A stretch of DNA of 64,000 nucleotides from Octopus sinensis (Eukaryota): assembly GCF_006345805.1 (NCBI RefSeq), contig NC_042998.1, forward strand, positions 110,050,001 through 110,114,000, read 5' to 3'. The translations under genes and the position numbers were made by a program. This document shows, one piece after another, positions 53,868 to 64,000 of this stretch (its first letter is position 1; every line of letters begins with the position of its first letter). Below the pieces are notes generated by a model. That model was not told the DNA's origin and made no database searches. It was given only the letters and a program-made list of their open reading frames with translations.

Positions 53868-54162
53868 TTGTGCGCTGGGGACCTACCTCTCTTTAACAGT
53901 CATTAAGTTCAGTGCTTTTGTGGCTTTGAGTTATTTAAGTTATATTTTTAGGAAAAGCGGTGGTAGTCAGCACCACGTGTAACTTTTGTGAACTTTATTA
54001 ATTTTGCCTTTAGGTTATAATTGCTAATAAGCCACCCTTTTTAATTTGTTATATATATATATATATATATATATGTTCGATATGAGTATATATATATACA
54101 CATATATATATATACACGTTATTTACATCTGACGGATATTTGTCCTCATCTTGTTTGTTGTT

Positions 54163-54208
54163 AACACAACGTTTCGGCTGACATACTCCCTAGCCTTCAT
54201 CAGGTGTC
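54163..54208 (-). ncRNA. Penelope-type minimal type I hammerhead
   Basis: Minus strand: GACAC-CUGAUGA-A-GGCU(AGGGAGUAUGUC)AGCC-GAA-ACGU-U-GUGUU; palindromic ACGU in place of stem III. Confidence 0.65.
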
Positions 54209-54255
54209 TTGGGAAAATTTCGAACCTCGATTCTCATTCCTAAGGTATTTTTGAC

Positions 54256-54257
<2 letters not shown>

Positions 54258-54348
<91 letters not shown>

Positions 54349-54430
54349 GTTGTTATTATTATTATTGTTGCTGTTATTGTTGTTTCTGTTGTGTTTATTA
54401 TTATCAGTATTATTACTATTATTATTATTA
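54258..54430. repeat. (ATT)n microsatellite
   Basis: Direct inspection. Confidence 0.95.
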
Positions 54431-55060
54431 TGGTAACCGTGCTACATATGAAAGCTTTTCGTTAAGATGTAAAATAATGTTTTTAGAAGGTTAGCTTTAA
54501 CTAATAACGTGCATGGGGGATTAAACCACATTATATTACTTTCCTACTCCTCGACCTTACATTTTTCGTTTTGTTTCTGTTTGTTATATCCCCTGGATGG
54601 TTAACTGTAGTATTGTCGATGCTTGTATTATTATTCTTAGTATTCCTGGCATCTATGTTTACATGGATGCCTTTTATATCGTCAAATATTCAATTTTGAG
54701 TTGGAAATAACTTTTCTATGCAGGTGGTATTGTCATTGGTTTTGTCATTTTTTTCTATTATTGTTAATACTTCCTAAGACAGTTATGAGAATTACTTTTT
54801 TCTTTATTGATTATTTATTTTGTTTGTGTCCCTTCTGTGATTCTTCTTATCTTGTGTTTATGCATTATTTCTTTTATCGTTTATATCTTTGTTGATAAGG
54901 ATTTTCTATGTATTTGATCTGTTCGTTATAGCTGCTTCCACGTAAGGCTTCATCGTAATTCCATGCGTACTTAGTGAAGTTTTCCTGATTAGCTGACAAA
55001 CTGGATAATCTGATTGACATGTCTTCGATTATTACATTGACCATTGGTCTTGGATGGAAA
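54430..55060 (-). mobile_element. Degenerate Penelope-like fragment
   Basis: Minus-strand translation near 54900-55015, LSSLSANQENFTKYAWNYDEALRGSSYNEQIKY, resembles the Penelope RT C-terminal region. It lies upstream of the minimal hammerhead on the same strand. Confidence 0.55.
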
Positions 55061-55622
55061 TTTTATTTATGCAGTTTAATTTTTCGTACATACATGATAT
55101 GGGAGCGAAGTCTGGTCTTTAAGACATGTATAATCTTAGAAATTCAATCTCTTTTTGTCTTTTGAAAATTTGATAAAATAATTAAAATTTTAAAACAATT
55201 TATGCAGCTTTTAAGTGTTATTACGAGGTTAGCAGCTGACACGTTTATTGCTACTAGCAGAGAGTCGACTTTATATAGAAATGTACCTAATTCTGAAAAA
55301 TATGCCTTTCATTAAGGGTGAATAACAAGTTCTCTGACCTGCAACGACTACGAAGAGACCATGTTGATATCGAAGTTATTACTGCAAGAATTTCTGGTCC
55401 AACAATTATCTCCAATCAAAATTTCAGAGTAGCGACTAGCTAGGCTATAATATTATCTCATTGTTGGTTATATTTGTCATTTTTTACTAAATGTTAATGC
55501 CTTGTTCATTGGGATAGGGGAAGTAGAACAGCATTCTACAATATGAAAGTGAAAAAAAGGCAGTATTTGTCGTATAACACCAAATAATGTACCAACGGAT
55601 TACTTCATATGTATTGTTCCAC

Positions 55623-55703
55623 ATGGTTAGCTTAAGATATTTTTTAACATTAGGAATATTTCTCTTTATAATTTTCTTGCTAATCCCGCCGAAATCAAAT
55701 GTG
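55623..55703 (+). CDS. Candidate first coding exon encoding a signal peptide (unverified)
   Basis: MVSLRYFLTLGIFLFIIFLLIPPKSNV followed by GTG|GTAAGG donor; no homology recognised. Confidence 0.25.
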
Positions 55704-56086
55704 GTAAGGCTCATAATTCCGATGAATGGGTTAATGGTAAAATTAGTTTTGTGGGTTTGGGGTTCAATTTATGAGTTTTCGATACGAATTATTCAGTTCG
55801 CTCTGCAAAGTGCAATTTGTTAATAAATTTTTATGCCTTGTCACTTATGCATTTTGAGGTATTAGTATTGCTTTATCAATGTCATATATTTAATGCATGT
55901 GTGACGTACCACCGCCTAAAAGCGTTTAATAACACACGTACAGTAGGTATGCGACATTGGTAATATTTACATTATAGAAATGCTCTTAAAATTTAAACTT
56001 TTACGCGTGCGCGTAAACACAAATACACACACATATATAGGGAGAGAGAAAGAGGGATAGGTAAACAGAGAGCTAATAGATAAATA

Positions 56087-57354
56087 TCAGATCATCCCAT
56101 AAGTTCTGTCCGAATTTTGAATAAAGAAAACAAGTGATTAAATGTTATATTTAATTGAAATTTAATCATCAATGTACTTTCCTTGATTATCTATGACTTC
56201 CTTCCATCTATTTAGAAGCTTTTTAATCTCATCAACGGAAAACTCTTTTGGTTTGAAAGCGAAGAACTCTGAAATGTCAGTTTCGACCTCTTCTTGGCTT
56301 ACGAAACTTATGTCCCCCAAATGATTCTGTAAACTAAAAAACAAATGGTAGTCTGAAGGAGCAAGGTCGGAAAAATAAGGTGGATGAGGAATTTTTTCCC
56401 AACCAACCTCCTCGATCTTCTGTGATGCGATCTTTGCAGTGTGGTGTCGCGCTTTGTCCTGATGAAACATCACTCCTTTTCGATCCACTAAAGCGGGTCT
56501 TTCTTTCTTCAAAGCTTGGTTCAAACGCTCTAATTGCTGAGAGTAAACTTGAGCATTGATTGTTAGATTGGGTGGTAATAATGCAAAGTGAATTACTCCT
56601 TTACAATCCTACCAGAAACTTTTTCCCATGAAGTTCCCTTCTCGGTTGTGGTTGAGCTTTTTCTCTTTTACGAAGCCACTGTTTACGACGTTTAACATTT
56701 CGATAGAAGATCCATTTTTCGTCACCAGTCACGTCTATTCAAAAAGGGTGAAATGAGTTCGTGAGAATGGAGACAAGAGCAGATGTCAACTCGGGATTTG
56801 CGGTTACTTTCGGACAATTCATGAGGTACCCATTTATTTTCCAAATTTAGGACACTTTCCAAGTTGTTCATATCGATGAACAGTTGTATGGTTTGAACTA
56901 AGCTTTATTGCCAATTCTTCAACTGATAATGCATGATTTTCTTCAAGTAATGCCTCAAGGAGCTTATCATCAAACTCAACTGGTCGTCATGTTCGATCTT
57001 CATCTTCAAGGCTGAAATCTCCACTTTTGCAAACCATCTTCTGCAAGTTATTTCATTCAAACATTCTTTCCCATAAACTGAGTGTATGTTTCTAGTCGCT
57101 TCAGCTGCAGAGTTTCCTTTTTTGTACTCATAATGTATTGTGTGCCTCAAATGCCTTTTCGACACTTCCATGTTGGAAAGTGTTTTAATCAAAGAAATTT
57201 TAATTCTATTATTCTGTAAAATAATATTTAATTCGTTTAAATGTACACAAATGCATAAAACTAAATTTTAATTCCATTAGACACTCTAAAATACTATTAA
57301 ATTTCATTCAATTTTAAAAAGGTAAAATGGGACAGAACTTACGGGATGACCTGA
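56087..57354 (-). mobile_element. Full-length (1268 bp) DD34D mariner relic with TIRs and TA target duplication
   Basis: TIR TCAGRTCATCCCRTAAGTTCTGTCC at both ends, each flanked by TA. N-terminus MEVSKRHLRH...GNSAAEATRNI...CRRWF; C-terminus FHQDKARHH...HPPYFSDLAPSDYHLF. Frameshifted. Confidence 0.92.
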
Positions 57355-57397
57355 TAGATAGATGGATAAATAGATAGATGGGTAACTTGATAGATAT

Positions 57398-57445
<48 letters not shown>

Positions 57446-59286
57446 AACTATTGATTCGTTGATTATGGTAGCATTTCCATTACCTACAAAGCTCGAGTGT
57501 GTGTATTTTATACTAGGAGCCATTCATTGCCGAGTGTCGTGAAATGAACATTGAAGAACATAATACTTAATTACTTTCAAAACTAAGAAACTGAAAAGGA
57601 GCAATGCAACATCTTATTCATCAATACAACTGCATTTGCATTATGCATACTATCCTCTGCATCAATGATTTTACGATACACAATGCTGGCTGAAGAACAC
57701 TTTTAAAATTATTGTTGAGACAAATTTGCAAACGTAAAAGTTGTAATAGTAAAGGAAATGATCTTCTAAATTCAGAATGGAATGTCTGAATATTTGTTCA
57801 TAGAAAGTTTTCAACGTAGGTTAGGAAGCAATAATAATTTAGAAACAAATAATGTTTTGTCTCTACTAAAAAGCATTCAATTGTTAGCCATGCTAATGTT
57901 ATTACAATTACTTGAGATCATTGGTCGCTCTATATTCATAGATGACAAGTAGAGGCAATCTATCCTCCAGAAGAAAATTTTCTTTATTTCAGAATAATGG
58001 AATGATTTTGTGGTACTTGTCATATTGAATAGAAGGAACTTGCTTATGAATAATTAGTAGAATATTTTGTCTTTTACGAACATTTATAAGCTGTTATATT
58101 GGATCAGTTTCATAGAATTGCTAGCAGGATGAAAAAAGAAACATATTCTTTACAAAAATTAAGAAAATATGATTCATAATAGAATGTGGAATATTTCTGA
58201 ATGCGACTCTTCTAGCAATAGTAATTATATATTTATTATTTTAATGAAAAACTCGAACAAAATTTATAGTTTCCAGAGATAATGTGCTTGACTCTTTAGC
58301 CTTTCTAATATCTTAATGAGGTTTCTTTGAAAAAGGATAATTACCTTGAAAGTTCACACCCAACATTTATATATAGAAGAGCTGAGAAAACTTAATGACA
58401 ATAAGAAATTATAAATCTTATATGCTATCAATAATCAACTAAAACATCCCACCAAATCATGAAAGGTTACAAACTTGAAATGAGTAAATGCATTCATATT
58501 TCAAGAATTGCGGACAAAAAGCCCGAAGAGCGAAAGCGAAATAGTGCTTGAATTAGCATGGTCAGCAATAAGCACGGTGTTCAAAATATGCAGATCAATC
58601 TGGCTAATGACCCCAAACTATAGTTATTAGAGCTATTGATTAAAGCATATTGATATATGGGTCTGAATACAAGGTAGCTTCTAATACCCAAGAACAAGTA
58701 CAGGACATTTGATCCACTTTCTCTTATGTATCCTGGATTGAGCCAAAGTTATGACTGAAAACAATTGCCTAAAAGTTGCTGCGCGGTGGTGTGGAACTCG
58801 AAACCACATTCATTGTGAAACAATCTACTTCATATGTGTATGTGCGAAGAATATAGATTTAAAAATTTGGCGCAAGATCAGAATGTTCGTGGAAGGGGAT
58901 TGTAAGTGGTTTACATCAACCCAGTGTTCAACTTGTACTTCTTTTGTAGACCCCGAAAGGATAAAAGGCAAAGTCGATCTTTGCGGAATTTGAACTTAGA
59001 ATGTAATGCGTGTTACAGCATTACCTGCTTGCCACCTTAAGTGAAAGAATATTGGTTTCCCATTTGGGTACAATATCAGCAATTTCTGGGGAGGGGCTAA
59101 GTCGATTACATCAATCCTAGTGGTCAACTGGTACTTATTTAATCTACCCCGAAAATATGAAAAGCAAATTCGACCTTGGCGGAAAAACGCACGAAGAATA
59201 TAGTGTCTGCGAAAAGGGCAGTGGTAATGCTCGAAATAATAATTAGAGAAAATTTTATGATATTGGAGCTGTAATTTAAATTGATA

Positions 59287-59700
59287 TATTGGGTCATCCC
59301 ATAAATAATGCATTTTTTAAATACTTCTTTTATTTATCGACATTAAGATGAACAAACTTCTTTTTTTAATCTAAAATATACTCTCTTCCTTTTCTACAAT
59401 GATCTTCTAGTAGACTTCCAAAATTCACTTGTCCGTGACGAAAAATACTCCCCTAGTATTTTTCTGGCCTCGTTTACAGAATTCATATTTTTCCCGTCGA
59501 AATGATTTTGAAAACTGCGGAATAAATGACAATCAGATGGGACAATGTCCGTTTCCCATTCATATTGCTTCAGACTTTGGAATGTCATCCTCACTGTACG
59601 CGGCGGAGCATTATCCTGATGGAAGAACACCTTTCAAAAATATTTACTATATTTTACAGGAGTATCAATTCAACTCCAACATATTACTAGGACTTGGTTA
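59287..59700 (-). mobile_element. Mariner 3' fragment
   Basis: FFHQDNAPP...PSDCHLFRSFQNHF; TIR-like TATTGGGTCATCCCATAA at 59287. Confidence 0.8.
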
Positions 59701-59702
59701 TA

Positions 59703-60577
59703 GAAGGTCTGATCAATACGTACTCGGACTGTTGCCATAGAAACGAAGGTAAAGCACACAGAGTGAAGTCGCTCAGCAAAGACTGACATTGAACGCTGTT
59801 GTGGATGCGCACTAAGTTTTAATGTTCTAGCTCACTTCCGCTGTTTACACTAGTGCTAGGAAGGAAGGTATGTAGCATATGATCGTCGCATTAACCATGA
59901 CGGAGAAAGTTGTCATAGTGGTACCTGATCAGAGGCCTACAAAAAGTTGCAGAAATTTATAGAGAGGAGTGTACGACTGTTTCAGACGTTTCATGATGGC
60001 CGAAAAAATGTCGATGTTGACGAACGTTCTGGGAAATCCGCAACCAGCAGAACTGAGAAAAACATCACAGTTGTGCGTGCAGCTCTGAGGGGGAAATCGT
60101 CGAATCACTATGCGTGAGCTATCAGAGGATGTGAAGATTAGTTACGATTCAGTACAGTCCATTATCAATGAAGATTTGGGTATGAGACGCGCGTCTGCCA
60201 AGTTTGTGCCGTAACTGCTTTCAGATGATCAACATGACACTCGGGTTTCAGTGGCACAAGGTCTCCTAGATTGTGTCGAGAATGATGAAAATTTTTGGAA
60301 ACTTTGCGTAGGCCTCTGAGCCGATATCGCCAAGCTTTTGGCAAAATTTGATGCAGATTCTCTACTCAACTTTCTTTGTCATGTCCAATGCTACGATCAC
60401 ATGTTACACATCTTCCTTTCAAGCACTGCTGTAAACAGTGAAAGTGTGCTAGAAAACGCTAAAACATTATGTACATGCACAACGGAGTTCAAGGTCAATC
60501 TGTCATAGTGACTTCACTTAACATATTTTAGCTTCGTTACTCTGGCAACAATCCGGATACTTATTGCTAAGACCACG
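59703..60577 (+). mobile_element. Internally deleted mariner with imperfect about 45-bp TIRs
   Basis: Left GAAGGTCTGATCAATACGTACTCGGACTGTTGCC resembles the right reverse complement CGTGGTCTTAGCAATAAGTATCCGGATTGTTGCC; TA flanks. Encodes FRRFHDGRKNVD.DERSG...RRITMRELSE...DLGMRRASAKFVP. Confidence 0.8.
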
Positions 60578-61182
60578 TATAATATTTCAGACGAATAAGT
60601 CGAAAAATTCTGCCTAACAGTACTATTACTAAAAACGTAATATAACTCTTATTATATGTCGCAGCCATAACATCTCTGCCAATCTGTCGCTCACAATATA
60701 TAACAACGATAATCATGTGGTATAATGTTCTAGTTCCATTTGCAAGAAATAACTGCTATACCTCAACTAAAAGTCAACCCGCCTTCTTAAAATTAGAAGG
60801 ATATGTTGGCCAAAGTGGTTCTAGATATGGAAAAAACGAAAGGCGATGACTGAAATGCTTTTGAACATAGGAATGTACAACCAAGTTTGTCATTCAACGA
60901 AACCACGGTCGAATGTCCTAGCTTTGTTCATGGGGCAGTTATCTCTCTACTCTGTTAGTATATATAGATATGCTTTTTAGGCAGCTATAAGAGGTTTATT
61001 TCTTATTTCTAGCAATAACTGTGCTTTAAAACACCCACAGACACAATTAATGACGACTAAAGTTTTCTTATATGCCTTTGTATTGGGGCAAATTGCTTAC
61101 ATTAATTTTTGTCATGTATGTATGTATGTATGTATGTATGTATGTATGTATGTATGTATCTATCTATCTAACTAGGTATGTA

Positions 61183-61220
<38 letters not shown>

Positions 61221-61300
61221 ACTCTTCATATATATACTGGTAAACACGTTAAGATAACAAAAGAAAGAAAGAGACCTCAATATGTAAATATAGGAAATTT

Positions 61301-61595
61301 ATCTATAAAATAATATGTGACAATTATTCAATAGCCAAGATAAAACTCCGAGTTTCGGAGGCCGAGGTGGAAATCCACAACACCATCTCTTCGGTTATCT
61401 GGCCATCTGAAAAACGCTATGAAAAAAGACCGTTATACAAAGGGAAGTTACTGTGTTATAATTGCGCTACGGTATTTTTTCATAGCGTTTTTCAGATGGC
61501 CAGATTACCGAAGAGATGGTATTGTGCCTTTCCACCTCGGCATCCGAAACTCAGAGTTTTATCTTGGCTACTGAATAATTGTCATATTATTTTAC

Positions 61596-61599
<4 letters not shown>
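61301..61599. mobile_element. Palindromic MITE with about 125-bp arms
   Basis: 61301-61427 is an imperfect reverse complement of 61475-61599; a half copy is at 22580-22745. Confidence 0.85.
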
Positions 61600-61641
<42 letters not shown>

Positions 61642-61961
61642 TAGTAATGCAATACTAGAGTATCGCCTTCCAGTAAAGAATAGATTTTGTCATGGTATAT
61701 GCTTGGCTGATGAAGATAGAACAAGATTATGGGTGGTAGACATATCTTGTAAAATCTGAAACCTGCAGGTCCCACATTATCCTTTTCCAGGTATTTCATC
61801 TTTCAGATGTTCTCCCTGGAGGTAAGACAATTTTTCTAGTTTGTTGCACACACGCATTTTTGCTGATACATACGCGGTGAAGCTATACATTAGCGTCGTA
61901 TTATTACGTTCGCTATTTCCAGTAAATATCGGTACTTAGTTGTGCCATATATTTACTACTT

Positions 61962-62013
<52 letters not shown>

Positions 62014-62530
62014 TACATCATATGAATAGAACAGAATTTATAAATTTCAAGGCCAGAACGGTCAAAATCTGTTTGTTTCCGTTTCATTAATAGAAAGTAT
62101 TCATCAATTCATTGCCAGCGAGAAGTTTTGCCATAATATTACTTTAATAAGAATAAGTTTAAGTTTTAAAAGTAATATTTTGTTCTCTAACATTGAGCAA
62201 CGTCTCCAAAAATTGTTCACCTCAGAATCAAAGAAATTGAATCATATAAAATGTTTAAAAAAATATACAATATTAAAATGTTGAATTAAGATCGTAAAAT
62301 TGATTTCAAGTTTAAAGAGAAATTTGTTCCTTAAAGCATTATGGCAGTGAAAAAACATAGGGCAAGAGATAGTAAAACTAGAGATAAAATGTAACTGTCA
62401 AAAATATTTATGAAAACAGGAGGTTAATACATACATATGCGCGTGCACACACGGATATATCATATAGAGCTATATGTTATATATATTTAGTACAAATATG
62501 TATATGTTCAAAGGTGTATGCATCTTTTGC

Positions 62531-62561
<31 letters not shown>

Positions 62562-62601
62562 GATATATCCGTATATATATATGTGTGTGTGTATACACAT
62601 A

Positions 62602-62643
<42 letters not shown>

Positions 62644-62682
62644 TATGCGTGTGTGTTTGTGTAAGCTTACCTACATAAATGC

Positions 62683-62725
<43 letters not shown>

Positions 62726-63152
62726 ACACATGCACCAAGTTTTATAGATATGCAAGCATGTATATGTACAAATAGATAGATAGATAGGATTTTGAATTTA
62801 CAAACTAGGGGGGAAATATTCTAGGTATGTAGTAGTGCTCATTTATTTTTCGAATGTGAGATTTCTTTTCCTCGCTGCTCTGTTATTTAGCGTTGCAACA
62901 TTTCAAAGTAGTGGCAAGAAGCCACAGTTTTGATTAAGTGAATGTAGTGTTTCGAGATGTGACTAAATAACTTGTAGAAAAATTGAACTTCACATGAAGT
63001 ATCAGTTTCATCCTATCCACGTAAAATATTGCCAGCGTGAAATACTGTCACTTCTTCATTGACGAAAAGACATGTAAATTTTGTTGCACGCATGCAGCTT
63101 ACTGGATAAATAATCTGCTCTGTTCTGTACCACTTTATTTTATCCTGTATAG

Positions 63153-63214
63153 TTTATGAAGAAATCGAAGAGCGTGACAGATATGATACGTTAAGAAAAC
63201 TTTACGTGTTCTAA
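63153..63214 (+). CDS. Candidate terminal coding exon (unverified)
   Basis: Strong acceptor CTTTATTTTATCCTGTATAG; phase-1 reading (V)YEEIEERDRYDTLRKLYVF-stop. Confidence 0.2.
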
Positions 63215-63449
63215 ATGTAGATTTATTAGCGTTAACTAGATCTGAAGCGAAAAACTTCGGTTTACCTGGAAGATTTATTAATTACATCTACCTCAGAAAA
63301 CAAATTAAGGAAACGACTATTTTTTTCAAAAGGCGAAGAAATGACGCTCACAGCAATCAAACTATGAAGATGTTTGTGGCAACTACTGATTGTCACCAAG
63401 GTTTCATGGTAGGAATTTAACTGCAAATTATATATATATATATATATAT

Positions 63450-63630
63450 ATAGGGAGAGTTTATGAAAAAACAAAAGACGAAGACAGGTAGTGTACAAAG
63501 CAAATAGATGTATTAGTATAACGCTCAAGAATAGAAAAAGTCTTTTACGTTTCGAGCCTACGCTCTTCTACAGAAAGGGACACAGAAAAAACAAGGAGAG
63601 AAACAAGGAGAGAAAAAATATGTGTAGTGG
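63450..63630 (-). mobile_element. Short repeat with variant minimal hammerhead (same family as 2725-2885)
   Basis: Minus strand 63540-63581: GTCCCTTT-CTGTAGA-A-GAG-CGTAGG-CTC-GAA-ACGT-A-AAAGAC. Confidence 0.55.
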
Positions 63631-64000
63631 ATATATATATATCTTGCGTAAAGCAGAATTTTTGCGGTAAAAGGCCGAAAAACATCCGGCGTTCTCGGTG
63701 GCCTATGCTAGGATTAATTTCGTCTCTCTTTGATGGTTATTGTGTTTTGTTTGTACACAACGTATCCATAAGAGGAGACATCTCTGAAAAGATATGGCTA
63801 TTTTAATTAAACACTCTCTCTGTTACGTATAGCAAATATGTAATCAACCAGACAACTATGTGCAACATAACCAGATAATTTATTTACTTTTTCCTGTATC
63901 AGATACAACGATTTCTCGTACGAGCATATGGCTGGCTGTGAATACACAGCATTGACAAGGCCCAAAAGGGCTGGATTGCGTCAGGCACCCTCGATGGAAT

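Larger units (their letters stand above)
53178..54050. repeat. Retrozyme-like array of about 336-bp units: 1.5 direct copies plus about 1.1 inverted copies
   Basis: GGCCACAAAAGTGACAGATG at 53186 and 53522 (period 336). GCTAATAAGCCACC at 53688 and 54023 (period 335) in reverse orientation. Each copy carries a hammerhead-homologous segment. Confidence 0.9.

Overview
Very AT-rich, microsatellite-dense eukaryotic DNA. The repeat landscape (tRNA-derived SINEs with (ATT)n tails, RLE-type LINEs, mariners, Penelope relics) is most consistent with a coleoid cephalopod such as octopus; this is an inference, not a database result. I recognise no conserved host gene. Most of the supplied ORFs are translations of (TA)n/(CA)n/(AAT)n repeats or transposon debris. 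Identifiable coding sequence is transposon-derived: R4/Dong-like RLE LINEs, an L1/Tx1 3' end, a CR1-like piece, Penelope RT/GIY-YIG pieces, a full-length DD34D mariner relic, two other mariners and a DD37D Tc1/mariner. The main finding is a non-coding family of about 336-bp repeats carrying a type I hammerhead ribozyme. It occurs at two loci (4.9-5.3 kb and 53.2-54.05 kb), in both cases as divergently inverted copies. One hammerhead is fully canonical, and the stems covary between the loci, so it looks like a retrozyme-like (newt satellite-2-like) element. Several Penelope-type minimal hammerheads also occur, including one whose flanking tail is shared with a tRNA-headed SINE. Candidate short-exon host genes on both strands are reported at low confidence.
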